Source of the DNA: Octopus vulgaris
Lineage: Eukaryota
Length of the DNA: 64,000 bases
NCBI GenBank assembly: GCA_951406725.2
Contig: OX597834.1
Coordinates: 43,400,001 to 43,464,000 of the forward strand
Reading direction: 5' to 3'
How positions within the stretch are numbered: position 1 is the stretch's first letter; each line of letters starts with the position of its first letter. Positions 27,960 to 41,421 of the stretch are shown in pieces. The translations under genes were made by a program, and so were the position numbers. Below the pieces are notes generated by a model. The model was not told the origin of the DNA and did no database searches. It was given only the letters and a program-made list of their open reading frames with translations.

Positions 27960-28750
27960 GTGAAAGGGAGGAAAGCGGGTAGAGGCATAAGATTAGTCCA
28001 GTTCGCCCTGTAGTCCTGCAGTGTCTCACGTAAACAAAACCTACTAAACAGCAAGGAGAGGAATGAATACTTGGCGTTTATACACAACACTGACCGTTAT
28101 AACATCATGAAATTAGGTGAACTCCACGAGATGTACTCAGAGTTTGCAGCATCTCCAAGCAAACGAAGTATGGATAGATTGTACTGGGGTCTCTGCTGAT
28201 TGTTTTAGAGCACCACCACAAAGTGTAGAGGTCACAGTACGATACCATTCGAGGAAAGAGAGATACACATCACTCAATCAGAAAAATAGGTATATTCTAC
28301 GCAATCTAGAGAATATCGTAGCACCAACAGGAATAGTAGCCTTCCGTAAACCTCTGGCGGTGCGCTGAGCTATCAAAAAACAGGAGATAGTTTTTAAATC
28401 CCCAATCAGCAAAGGAGTTAAGGATGCTGCTAAATGATAGAAAGTGTCGATTGTGCCATACCAGCGTGGAAGCTTTCCATGATACATTAAGTGGCTGAGC
28501 ATAGATGTTGTTAAGATATTCTCTTCCTCATTAGACACAACAGTGTTGCTAAAGGTTACCGACGATGCTATATGCAGGTAAGGTTATCCTCGTGGTGATA
28601 CTAAAGACATGCCAGAACCGGAGAATATCAACGCGTTTAAGACCAAGTATGCTGGTGAGATATTCCAATAAAGAGAGCAAGAAACAAAGATAGTCATATG
28701 GGACAGGGAAGAAGGGTTGTGGAAATTCGTAGGGATCAGCTGCCAAGCAG
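27960..28750 (-). pseudogene. Ancient CR1/L2-like LINE reverse-transcriptase remnant
   Basis: Minus-strand peptides in RT order: VDIL.RFWH..LPAYSIVG (LDISKAFDRVWH..LPSYG-like), AASLT/DWGFKN (SDWG..N-like), PRMVSYC..LW (P.MEYC..VWG-like), TNLMPLP. Many frameshifts. Confidence 0.6.
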
Positions 28751-29212
28751 ATTATAATATCTCTTGAAAAATTTGGGGAAAGGAATTATAGATCTACCAT
28801 CATAGATTTCCATTTGCTCATATCGTTATACATGAGTTTGGCTACGTAAGAGATTTACATTGAAAACTAGAAATATTTGATGTCTCTAAAAAAGAAAAGA
28901 ACAGACTGATTTACATCTCAGAGGAATTTAACTTTAGAAATAAAACACTTCAGAGTTACCTCGTTTGAAGTGCTGAATACAGGTCATTGATTGGTTGAAA
29001 TTACCGAAATACGACAACTTTAACAAAAAAGTAACTTCCAAAATACAGAATTTTGTCAACAATGCCAAGAGTAAAAGATGTTTTATGTGACAAATTCTAC
29101 ACGTACACGAAGTTTGAATGTGTTTAGTTACAAAAAAATATTTTTTAAATCTGTCGGTCAAAAGTTAAAGATCCAAAGAATGTGTTCGAAGAATTAAAAA
29201 CAGGTAACCATT

Positions 29213-29416
29213 CGTTTCTGCTCTAGGCACAAGGCCTAAATTATGCGGGGAGTGACCAGTTGACTGGATCGACCCCGGTACCCAACTGGTGCTTAATTTA
29301 CCGACCCTGAAAGGATAGGTCAACCTCGGCGGAATTCGAACTCAGAACATAAAGACAGACGAATTACGACTAAGCATTTCGCCCGGCGTGCTAACGATTC
29401 TGCCAGCTCGCCGCCT
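29213..29416 (-). mobile_element. Full-length SINE-A (alternative tail) with target-site duplication
   Basis: Complete head to tail. 15-bp TSD aaacaggtaaccatt (29198-29212) and aaacatgtaaccatt (29417-29431). Confidence 0.92.
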
Positions 29417-31289
29417 AAACATGTAACCATTATTTAGAGGCATTGGTGTCGTTACGATTGATTGCTCCTAGTACTGAAATGCGTGGACGTGAGTTTCTCT
29501 TAGATACTCTTATCAAGATAACAAAAAATGAGGGGTCAAGTGACCCAGGTAATTGGAGTTGTGAGAAGACATTTTATAGAATATCCTTCTTTCTTTGTAA
29601 GTTCCGAGTTCATATCCTACGGGAGCAGAGTTTGCTTTTAATGTCTCCGGGGTGTTTATTTTTTATTGAGCTCATTTAAAATCAATAACTTCCTACAACT
29701 GATGGTGCTACCGTTTTACAAGACAATGTTTGCAGGGCACAGCATCTTCAATTCCTTCTTTTTAGATTTATTTACTTTTTGCAAACAAGAGGATCTCATG
29801 TACAGAAGAATTAGTTTGTATTTATAGGAGTCAATCGACAGCGAAGAGTTCCCTTTCCTGACTTCAATTGTTCCTGATATGAGAAAATAAGTTGGCAGTA
29901 TTATAGTGACGTCGATTAAACTGACAATCCTTCTGTTTTCCCCCACCACACACTTCTAGTTACACTCCCAAATTAGGGCCTTGTGCCGAAGTTAAAAATC
30001 AATTTTAATATAACACGCTGTAAAACGGCGGAAGAATTGAACGGTTTAGAAATAAAATTTATTTCTCTGTGTGTGATGCATAGAGGAAATTTCTATTTTA
30101 AATCTAACAAATATACCTGCCACTAAATAACAAAAGCATTTCGAAAAATGGTTTGCTTCGAAATCTGTGAATTTATTCATTGCTATATAGAAATCTATCA
30201 ATACATTTCCTAAAATGACATGCCTCTATTGAATCAAATATTTATTTACGACAGAATTCATTATCTGTATATTGTGCGATCCTCCCCTCCCCCGCCGCCC
30301 TCTCCCTTCTCCCTCTTATACAATGATCAGCAATTTTATTTAAAAATGGAAGCATTTACCAAATGGTTTTATTGTGAGTGTCTGGTTGTAGGGGTGGGCG
30401 AGGAATGAGAAATAGTTTAGCAAATATTTGAAAATGCTATTTACATTATTAAATCGATTTCCCTGAACGGTTCTTATCTGTGGAATCATTATCAAGCACT
30501 GAGAATGTTTTTCAATAAAAACACCATAATTGATCTACTGAATTATACAAAAAACAACAACAACAACAAATCAAATAAATAAATAAAATTTTAAAATAAC
30601 TAAAAAAAGTTTCTTAAAAAAGTCACAAAAACAACACAAGACTTTAATCAGCTGGGATCCAATAAAAGTTCTGATTATAAAACAGCAACGAGTTAGATAC
30701 TGAAAAGCGAAAGCAAAGTAGAAGTTTTAGCTTCGGTTTAATAGAATTAATTCAAAAGATATTCTTTAACTGTATAATGGGAGCTTTTATCAATTGCAAG
30801 GCAAAGTGTTTTGTAATTGAAGACAACCAGCATGATAAAACAGACCTCGTCTATATGTAAATTTTTTTCACAGCCTAAAACATCCCGCTATTTTTATATA
30901 TATATATATATCTATATATTGTTATTCTTTTTTTTTCTAAAAATAATAGCAATTTTCCAATAATCATTTCTATTAAAACCATTCACATTGAAAAGTGGTG
31001 TTTATAATTAGGCACCAAATGAAAATAGGGATTTCTAGCAGAGCTACAACTCTGTATATGCATATCGGAAAATTTTATAACTTATTCGATTGACCCAATA
31101 TTTTATTGTCACGTAATTCATTGACCCGCAGAAGAGTGAAGGGCAAATTTGACCTGTGGGGGAATTCAATTCAACATTTATACAGCTGAAATAAATGCAA
31201 TTTGAATACAATCGGCTTCGTATGTCACAAGAAGTAATTATGAAAAAGCGATTCTTCAGTAAAAAGGAAATAAAAATGATAATAATATT

Positions 31290-31711
31290 CCTTTCTGTTA
31301 TCGGTAGAAGGCCTGAAATTTTAGGGGAAGGCGTAAGTCAATTACACGACCTCAATACTCAACTGGTAGTTAATTTATCGACCCGGAAAGGACTAAGGGC
31401 AAATTCGACCTCGGCGGAATTTGAACTCACAATCTTGCGACTGACGAAATACCGCAAATAATAATAATAATAATATTACTTATAATAATAATAGAATATA
31501 TATTTCTTTACTACCCACAAAGGGCTAAACACAGAGGGGACAAACAAGGACAGACAAAGGGATTAAGTCGATTATATCGACCCCAGTGTGTAACTGGCAC
31601 TTAATTTATCGACCCCGAAAGGATGAAAGGCAAAGTCGACCTTGGCTGAATTTGAACTCAGAACGCAAGCATTTCGCCCGGCGTGCTAACGCTCCAGTCA
31701 GCTAGCCGGCT
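31290..31711 (-). mobile_element. Two adjacent SINE-A copies
   Basis: 31290-31457 is diverged with the alternative tail; 31502-31711 has the standard tail. An (AAT)n tract separates them. Confidence 0.85.
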
Positions 31712-31819
31712 TAATGGTAATAATAATAACAGAATAGAAGAAATGTAGGCGCGACCAGGTTGTAACTGTTATGCACTGGAAACTGTGGTAACAAATCTAC
31801 CAATTTGCAGCCTAGCCTA

Positions 31820-31875
31820 AATAATAATGATAATGATGATGATGATGATGATGATGATAATAATAATAATAATAC

Positions 31876-31930
<55 letters not shown>

Positions 31931-32027
31931 ATTATCATTATTATTATTATTATCATTATCATTCTTATCATTATCATTATTATCATCATCATCATCATCA
32001 TCATCATCATTATGAGTATTATTGTTA
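31820..32027. repeat. (GAT)/(AAT)/(ATT)/(ATC) microsatellite
   Basis: Visible directly. Confidence 0.9.
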
Positions 32028-32029
32028 TG

Positions 32030-32175
32030 AAGGTGGTGAGCTGGTTGAATCGTTAGTACGCCGGACAATATGTTTAGTTGTATATCGTCCGTCTTTAAAT
32101 TCAAATTCCACCGAAGTCAATTTTGCCTTTCAACCTTTCGGGAGTCGGTAAATTAAGTACCAGTGGAGTCAATGT
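32030..32175 (+). mobile_element. Diverged SINE-A 5' part
   Basis: aaggtggtgagctggttgaatcgttag..ttcaaattccaccg..gcctttcaacctttcggg..aattaagtaccag. Confidence 0.8.
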
Positions 32176-32414
32176 ATTATCATTGTTGTTATTAGTTTTC
32201 TTATTACTGTTTAATACATCGTGTTTTATAAACCTAGTTGTTTACCGGTAAAGCATGTCTAGTGGCTCAGTGTTCGTTGGGTATTCTGGTACCTTCCATA
32301 TTCTGTCTCTAATCAATCAAATACATGTGTGTGTATGAGTGCGTTTGTGTGTGGGAGCGTGTGTGCCTCTATATACACATACATACATACTTATATACAT
32401 ACATACATACATAT

Positions 32415-32452
<38 letters not shown>

Positions 32453-32463
32453 TATATACATAC

Positions 32464-32583
<120 letters not shown>

Positions 32584-32600
32584 ATGTGTGTGTGTATAAT

Positions 32601-32890
32601 TTACATTATTTACATTTGACGGATATTTGTCCTCATCTAGTTTGTTGCTGACACAGCATTTCGGTTGATATACCCTCCGGCCTTCATCAGGTGTCTTGTG
32701 GGGTGGTTTAATAATGACTTGTTTGTCACCACTGTAGCATTTCCCTTGTCCGCTGGAAGTATTATGATGAAATTGCCATACGGTAGTCTTTTGATAGCGA
32801 AAGGAAAATTCCTTAATGATCAGGACAAATATCCATCAATGTAAATGATATAAATAATGTATATAATTCCTCATATTTAAATATAGAACT
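32601..32890 (-). mobile_element. Internally deleted Penelope-like element with inverted termini and hammerhead remnant
   Basis: Minus strand 32768-32718 encodes [17 protein letters not shown] (Penelope RT N-terminal ADKG motif). Hammerhead-like GACAC-CUGAUGA-A-GG..CC-GAAA..GUGUC at 32650-32695. Inverted arms at 32601-32637 and 32818-32861. Confidence 0.8.
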
Positions 32891-32905
32891 ATATATATAT
32901 ATATA

Positions 32906-33072
32906 GTGATGCATATTTGCCATTTGAATATGGCTAACCCCTAAGGGTGGATGCTACTGTAGTTTGTAGCCCCAGGAAGATATCTCCCCAGGAGATATCT
33001 TCCTGGGGCTACATACTACAGTAGCATCCACCCTTTTGGGTTAGCCATATTCAAATGGCAAATATGCATCAC
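32906..33072. repeat. 167-bp near-perfect inverted repeat (foldback/MITE-like)
   Basis: 82-bp arms (32906-32987 and 32991-33072), 3-nt loop CCA, 3 mismatches by eye. Confidence 0.92.
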
Positions 33073-34175
33073 GATGTGTTACCGCTACTGTTTATAACTC
33101 GCTCTGAGATTTATCATTATATATATATATATATATATATGTACACACACACACACACATATGTACACACACACACACACACTCACATATATATATATAT
33201 ATATATATATGCATACACATCTGTAAGTACGTTTGTCAAAGATGAATAACAGAGACTGCACGAGTATATATTTCATACAATATATCCTTAATCAGCAGAA
33301 TTTATTGGGAGAAAGTAACGAGAGTTTCTTGGATGTCATACCGATTAAGAATACTTAAATATGCAAATATTTCTACATGTGTGTGTGTGACTATGTATGT
33401 ATCAGTGCATTAACTACGAATGTATGTGTATGTGCATGTGTGTGTGTGTGTGTGCATGTGTGTGTGTTTGTGTATTTTGTATACACATATACGCTGTATA
33501 AATATGCTGAATGTCTACGTGACAAGCATGTGTTTCCTGTATGTATGCACTTGTGACTGCATCAAGTTCGTGTGTGCACGTGTTTTTCCATAAATGCGTG
33601 CGTAGGCGTGTTTGTGTAAATATCCATACGAAATCTATCCAAAATGCAAGGATTTATTTCAAAATATATTTATTATTTCGAAATGCAGAAAACGAAACAT
33701 AAACACGCATGTGCATACATATACACCATATAAATGCTCGTGTGTTTTAAGTGCGTATTTTTACCATACAGATGCATACATGCATATATATAAATATGTG
33801 TGTGTATGTGTGTCCCTGTGTATATCGCTGAATTGATGCTGTTTACATACATAAGTATTTACATATCTATTTATCTATATGGATTTAAGTGCATATTTAT
33901 GGATAATATTTCATCGGAGAAATATATCAAATGAAATTCCGCATTAATCCTATATCTAATGTTATTCTGTGCACGTCGATGGAAAAGGCCAGAAGTATAT
34001 CATAACAGCAGTTTGTTAAATCGTTTCATGAGGTTAGATGAGGCAAGAAAAGCTTGGAGGATACCAGATGAAGCTTAATTTTAGCTATATGATGGTATCA
34101 AGTATTCTTTGCCTCGTTTGCATCATTCAGAAAGGAAAAAGCCACATTCATCGTCGATATGTGTGTATCTATCTG

Positions 34176-34248
<73 letters not shown>

Positions 34249-34252
34249 TTAT

Positions 34253-34332
<80 letters not shown>

Positions 34333-34395
34333 ATCTATCTATATATATATATGTATGTATGTATAAATGTATGTATGTATGTAGGTATGTGTGTA

Positions 34396-34441
<46 letters not shown>

Positions 34442-34537
34442 CATGTTTTATATATATATATATATACGTATATATAAAAGAACATTATTATTCATAAGAA
34501 TCAGTAATATTAGTGACCGCAAGCATTATGTCGTATA

Positions 34538-34603
<66 letters not shown>

Positions 34604-34796
34604 CATACATACATATACAAATATGTATATTGAGGCCACTAAGAAGCACCCGCTTTGTTGAAATTAGGAATTGTAAAAAAAAGCACCACCGAAGACACAT
34701 TAGCGATGATTAGTGCGGCTTCCGAGTATTTTATGACTCCTATTTTTAGTACAGCTGGTGATTCTCAGTACCCTAATTGCATATATATATTTTACA

Positions 34797-35160
34797 GGGG
34801 CAGGAGTGGCTGAGTAGTAAGTAGCTTGCTTACCAACCACATAGTTCCGGTTTCAGTCCCTGAGCAAGTGTCTTCTGCTGTAACCTCGTACCGACCAAAG
34901 CTTTGTGACTGGTATTTGGTAGACGGAGACTGAAAAGAGCCCGTTTTGTATATATATGTGTGTGTATGTGTGTTTATAAGTTTGTGCGTCTGAGTTTGCC
35001 CTCACCATCATCACTTGATACTGGTGAGTTTACGCCCCTGCAAAAGAGTCCGATAAAATAAGTACTAGGTTTGCAAAGATTAACTTCTGTGTCGATTTGC
35101 TCGACTAAAGGCGGTGCTCCAGCATGACCGCAGTCAAATGACTGAAACGAATAAAAGAAT
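34797..35160 (+). mobile_element. SINE-B
   Basis: gcaggagtggctgagtagtaagtagcttgc ... ggcggtgctccagcatgaccgcagtcaaatgactgaaac. Confidence 0.85.
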
Positions 35161-35192
35161 ATATATATATATATACATGCATACATACACAC

Positions 35193-35469
35193 ATATTGCA
35201 ACGCAATTTCTTCAACAGGCCCTGCTCTGTTTAACATTGTCCCAAAACTGATCTAAGAGGAAAAGGATCCCATCACCTTTAAACGGAGTCTGAACAAATT
35301 TCTTCAAGGAATGCCTGATAAGCTACCCATACCTGAATACAACTCATTCAACTACTTGAATGGACCATAACACCACAAAACTTTGATAATCCTATCAGAT
35401 GGTGCTATTAAGTTAAACAATGCCCGAACCAATCTTCGGTCGAAACATATCTAAGTTTTATCTAAGTTA
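35193..35469 (+). pseudogene. CR1/L2-like LINE 3' end
   Basis: SSTGPALFNIVPKLI*EEKDPITFKRSLNKFLQGMPD matches a GP.LFN.LP..FK..LDKFL..PD C-terminus. A short UTR ends in a repeated atctaagtt tail. Confidence 0.75.
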
Positions 35470-35667
35470 TATATATATATAATTTAGAGGAATGACCACT
35501 ACACTAAAGAGGACACCCTATATGCTGAACATAGACGTCAAATCACCATTAACACGAAGAATGTGTTCTCAAGAAAAACAAATCTCAGCAAAACGCCAAA
35601 ATGTAACCACATATATGCATATATTTATTATATTTTCTGTACATTTATTTACCATAAGGTATACACC

Positions 35668-35705
<38 letters not shown>

Positions 35706-36096
35706 TATAAATACTAAACTAAATAGAAACACAGATACTTTTAATAATCCATACACATATGTATTTCATATATATTTATCGACCAATATATGTACGTATT
35801 TACTCTTGTATGTATGCAAATATGCACGTATGTATGTACGTACGTATCTATTATCTATGTATTTATGTATGCATGTTTTAATGCATATACGTATGCCAGT
35901 TCAGGTAATTCTTTCTATTTCTTTCTGTTCAGGGATTTTACCAATATCCGCTCTCAGATTATGGCTACTGTATAAAAATCCGTGGATTTATTTTATCATT
36001 GACGCAAATTCAATGTTTTAAATACCGCTAGATTGCTTGTATATTCCAGGTCTTACGTGGCATGGATATAAATTTCATATTATTTATTACCTAAAT

Positions 36097-36208
36097 AGGC
36101 GTCACTGTGTGGTAGGAAGATCGCGTCCCAACTACTTGTGTTCCTGGGTTCAGTTCTAGCGCATGGAACTTTGGGGCAATTTTCTTCTACTATAGCTCGG
36201 GTCAATCA
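36097..36208 (+). mobile_element. Diverged SINE-B head truncated by LINE
   Basis: ctgtgtggtagg..gggttcagttc..ttggggcaattttcttctactatagctcggg. Confidence 0.65.
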
Positions 36209-36210
36209 AT

Positions 36211-36923
36211 AACTTTCAAAAACCCTTTCAGTGGCAGGGCTGCCGAGATGCGCTGTCCATTCGGGATAAACTTTACAGTCACGGAAGTGCCGTCAGTCGG
36301 GCGACGAAACCGTTTCGCACACCCTCGTCCAGTGTCCAATAATTGCTGAACTGTGTGTTCATGTCGAACGCCTGCTGTCGCTTGTAGGACGGATCCGGCT
36401 ATGAGTTGAATCCATTGTAAAGGTTGCCCCGCCGCCTTCTTTTGGACGGGAGGGGCAGGCGGTTTTTATTTATCTGGTGGCTGTAGCCAAAGAGGTAGTA
36501 TGATGGACTCGTCATAAAGAGCTAAAGTCAGACACATTCCTCTTTGGCCAAGCCCTCATCAACTCCAATTTTCACGTGAAGAGGAAAGTGAAGGTGGAGA
36601 GGGAAGTGTTGCCTTTTAGCAAGTTTGTTGACAGGTGGGTGAATGTTGGAAGATTGGCCAGTGTGAAAGGACCAATTCTGAGGGTACATCTGTGAAAGAT
36701 TAAAGAATACCTCTTACACTGCTCATCAGGCACCCGTAGCTTTTGATGGTTTGTCCATGAGGGCCTTTAAAGTGCCTCCTCCTATTGGGAGATTTATTAT
36801 TAAATTCTCATCATTTTATATGACTACTCGTTTTGTATAGTTTTCTATTTGTCTTTTATGTTGTCACACGTAATTTATGTACATTTATATAAGTCCTTTT
36901 GGCAAATAAAAGAATAAATTATT
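36211..36923 (+). pseudogene. Tx1/L1-clade LINE 3' fragment (zinc-binding C-terminal region plus 3' UTR)
   Basis: RDALSIRDKLYSHG..DETVSHTLVQCP..VAVAKEVV*WTR..FVDRWVNV..LRVHL* (stop 36693-36695) is a zf-RVT-like ET..H...C motif with stops and frameshifts. The UTR ends ggcaaataaaagaataaa. Confidence 0.8.
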
Positions 36924-36933
36924 GGGGCAACGA

Positions 36934-37185
36934 AAAGCGATGAGCTGGCAGAATCGCTTAATGATATTTCTCTCGTTGCTACGTTCTGAGCTCAAACTCC
37001 GCCAAGGTCGACTTTGCTATTCATTAAATTAAGTACCAGTAAAACACTGGGGTTGATGTAATCATCTGATCCCCTCCCACCATCCTTTGGGGATCGATAA
37101 CTTACGTACCAGTTGAGCATTAACGTTGATGAGAGCAACTCACTTCCTTCGCCCAAAATTACTGGTCTTGTGCCAAAATGTGTGA
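36934..37185 (+). mobile_element. Diverged SINE-A pieces
   Basis: gagctggcagaatcg..gttctgagctcaaactccgcc..aattaagtaccag, plus a second partial body. Confidence 0.7.
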
Positions 37186-37936
37186 CCAACTCCACCACCA
37201 CAAAAAAGCACCACCACCACCACCATCATCATAATCATCATCATCATCATCATCACCACTATCATCTCATCATCATTATTCCATTTTACAACTTAGTTGA
37301 ACACTATTTTGAAATAAGGGATAAATATATAAACGTGACATTTCGACACGTCCCGGTAATTATGATAAATTAATGAAATATATATAGTTATGCTTACAAC
37401 CATAAAGAGCATAGACCTGCTTTACCAGGGTCGACTGGAAAGTAAACAGAAATATCATAGATACTGTTGTTACTATAGCAATTATTTGTCCTGTTGTTTT
37501 CGATGTTATGGTGATATTCGTTAATAAGATGTCTCTGTTTGAGCAGAATAATTATTATACGTTTTCTGGTTGTGAACATCCGATTTCCTTCAAGTATAAT
37601 GTTCTAATGACTATCCTATACAATGTGTCAGGCTAAGTTTTAGGTCACTAGTATGTGATATGGCCGGAATTAATTCCAACATCCTGTATGATCTCATTGT
37701 GTCTTGGCGGCTGATGGGGATCAACTCAAAGTCAACATTAGTTTAGACTTTCTGCATGGACCCTCCTATACATTGTCAGTTGTGGTCTTCGTCGTTTTTA
37801 ACACGACATGGACTTTTCAAGAGAGAAAGAACGAGCTACCAGTTTGACCTCGACAATCTACCAAATAGAGACTCCGTTATTAGCTCGTGTTGTTGTTGTA
37901 GTTCATGTTGTTATTGTCATCTAATTAAACATTATT

Positions 37937-38253
37937 TTATTTATCTATTTATTTATTTATGCGCCTATCTCAAGCCTAGCCAGGCTCATGGACTCGTTTT
38001 CCCGGATGCTATGGCGTATGTGTTCCTCCCAGCTGGACGGGACGCGAGTCCATCGTAGCATTACTCAAGAAACAGGAAGAAAGAGTTAGAGAAGGTTGGG
38101 GCGAAAGAGTACAACAGGGGTCGCCACCCCCACCCCCCTGCCGGAGCCTTGTGGAGTTTTAGGTGTTTTCGCTCAATAAACACACACAACGCCCGGTCTG
38201 GGAATCGAAACCGCGAGTCCGCTGCCCTAACCATTGGGCCATTGCGCCTCTAC
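37937..38253 (-). mobile_element. Full-length SINE-C with TSD
   Basis: tRNA-like head, V-domain-like gatggactcgcgtcccgtccagc and (TAAA)n tail. 14-bp TSD aattaaacattatt (37923-37936) and aattaaatattatt (38254-38267). Confidence 0.9.
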
Positions 38254-39305
38254 AATTAAATATTATTAGGAGTCCTATAAAAAATATTAAAATGTTTTGT
38301 GTATTGTAGTAATGTAGTTAATTTATTGCTCATAAATTTTAACAGCAAAAGCTTATCTAGGCATTGAAAGACCCCGGTTGAAAACCACTGGTCAGATGTA
38401 ATAATCATATCATATACATTGTTTTGAATTATGCATTATCTTGTAGCTTCCAGATTTTGAAGATGTCATTGTGTAGCTTTAAATGACATTGTATGGCAAG
38501 TGTGAAAGGCCCTGCCCAGGTTGAACATAAAATAGATAGAATGTTTTGGTGAGTTGTGTCTGGTTTCACTGCTAAACGTTTAAGTAAGCTACTATCGTAG
38601 ATCAGTTCCGACCTTCATTATTTCAAATACAGATTTACAACGACTACATCGACAGATGTGGCCTTCTTCATTTTCAAGATAGAGCTTTCAAGGAAGAGAA
38701 CGAACTACCAGTTTAATGATGGCAACCTACCACATAGCGTCTCCGTTATTGACTCGTGTTGCAGCCGTGGTTCTTGTTATTTCTGTAGTGAGTGAGGAAT
38801 ATTTATCTGTGTAGCAGTGATTGTTCTTATTCGTCTTTGTAAATGACATATAATCGAATTATAAGAACACATTAATTAATAGAAACTAAAGGATAATATA
38901 TTTTTTATATATTTTTTCGAATCGCTTAATTAAATTTAGTTACGTTGAATTCAATTTGATTTTTACTTATTTATATAAATGTATGTTTTCTTTATTTTTT
39001 ATTGACTTCTCTTCAAATCTTTTCGCATTACCAAAATATTCTCTAATTAATTTGATATAAGGAAAATTACCTAAGAATTTACTCAAAATTACATAGGCAC
39101 CAACACAGAGATACACACTAACTCACAGAGACAGCCACACTTACATATATGTATATATATGTATATATATATATATACACACACATATGTACATGTATAT
39201 ATATATATATACACATATATGTAAGTGAAAAAGTGAATGTAATAAACACACACTCACGTAGATACACATACACACGCTCGCACGCGCTGTCACACGTATA
39301 TATTC

Positions 39306-39339
<34 letters not shown>

Positions 39340-39868
39340 TTACGTAGGGTGTATTTTTAAAGCAAGGTTCTACATAAGTTCATTTTTGCTTTTAACTATG
39401 CCAGTAAACATACATACATATATGTGCGTGTGCGTGTTTGTATGTGTGTTTGTGTATGAGTGTGTGCGCGCGTGTGTGCACGCGTCTGTGTATGTACATG
39501 TGTAAGCGTGTGGCTACAACAGTATGTATTTAAGCATCTATGCATGTATGCATGAATAAGCGTCTATGTGTGTATACTGAAATATATGTATACATACAAA
39601 CATTCGCGCAGATATACATACACCGCACATAGACACACACACACACACGCTCATCCACACACCCACATACACACGCACACACACAGACACAAACATATAT
39701 ATTTTTATGTCGGTGTGTGACAGCAAGTGCGTATACGTTTAGGTATATACATTCGCACGTATGAACATATTTCTCGATGATTGCCATACTTTTGTAAGTA
39801 ATTATGGGTAGGTTCTCATATTCCATCTAAATCACTAATTTGGTTTGTAAGTTCTTATACATATATAT

Positions 39869-39954
<86 letters not shown>

Positions 39955-40227
39955 GTACGATACTACTTACATACATGCATACATACATAGGTAAGTGTTT
40001 ACGTACTGTTTGGCATATAATCCATCAATATCCTTGTCAGTTTCGTATTCAGTAATAGTTGTAGATTTGTAAAAAAAACTGATAATAATTTCTGGCTTAA
40101 ATCTATATTATATTATACTACATACTCGTTCATAAACGCATATATATATACATACAATTGTGTTTGTGGATTTGAGTGAGTGAGTGTATGTGTGCTATAT
40201 CCATATCTGTTTGTCTGTCTATGTATG

Positions 40228-40306
<79 letters not shown>

Positions 40307-40603
40307 ATGTACATGTAATATGTGGCAATTATTCGGTAGCCATGATAAAACTCTGAGTTTCTGATGCCGGGGTCGAAAACCGTGCCGCCACCTCTTCAGT
40401 TATCTGGCCATATATATTGTGTGAGACAGGGGGGAGAGAGAGAAAGAGAAATAGATATATATGTAAAGAAAGAAAGAGAGAGAGAGAGAAAGCGATACAG
40501 GTATGTATGCGTCTGGGTATACATATACACATTATATGTATTTATATAGAACATTTCAATATATTATATTTTGTGTAACGCACATACACTTAACTCTAAA
40601 CCA

Positions 40604-40643
<40 letters not shown>

Positions 40644-40671
40644 GTATGTATGCATATGTAAGTATGTATGT

Positions 40672-40860
40672 AGTTAGAATTTACAAAAAAAAACGAATAA
40701 CGATGACAGGTGTGTAAACAACAAACAGATGTATTACCTTAACGCTCGGGAAGTGAGAAAGTTTTTACGTTTCGAGCCTACGCTCTTCGTCAGAAAGGAA
40801 CACAGAAATAAACAGGGAGAGAAAATAGAAAACGGTTTAGGGGCTAACGGTCTATCATGG
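40672..40860 (-). mobile_element. Short Penelope-derived repeat carrying a hammerhead
   Basis: Same family as 47718-47908, 57781-57988 and 58222-58420. Confidence 0.7.
40762..40797 (-). ncRNA. Minimal type I hammerhead ribozyme motif
   Basis: UUU-CUGACGA-A-GAGC-GUAG-GCUC-GAAAC-GUA-AAA: intact core, GUA triplet, palindromic ACGU stem III. Confidence 0.7.
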
Positions 40861-41155
40861 CTAATGTCGGAATGTCGGAACAAGGAGAGAAAGAAGGAGG
40901 ACGAAGGAAGAAACAAAGAGAAAGTGGAAGACAGGAGGAAGAGAAGACAAAAGGTAGAAAGAAATGGAGGGGGAGAGAGTAAAGGTAACAAGTGCGGATT
41001 GAGGGAAACGATAATAGGAAAAGGCAGAAAGTACAAAACATTTAGAAAAGTTGAAACGGTGCAGCCGTCGTGGTGTATTGGAGCGATTTCTCATCAAAGG
41101 AAGAGTTCAATGCCTACGTGTGGTTGCTTTCTTTTATGAATTTAAACGAATACTA

Positions 41156-41278
<123 letters not shown>

Positions 41279-41364
41279 TCACTCCGTCGGTTGCGGCGAC
41301 GAGGATCATAGCTGATACGATCATCGGAATAGTTTGTTCGTAAAATTTACGTGCAACTGGCTGA

Positions 41365-41417
<53 letters not shown>

Positions 41418-41421
<4 letters not shown>

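Noticed and set aside
28117-28460. Plus-strand peptide resembling a Penelope linker (VAFRKP, KCRLC)
   Set aside because: The minus strand shows several collinear CR1/L2 RT motifs, which explains the region better.
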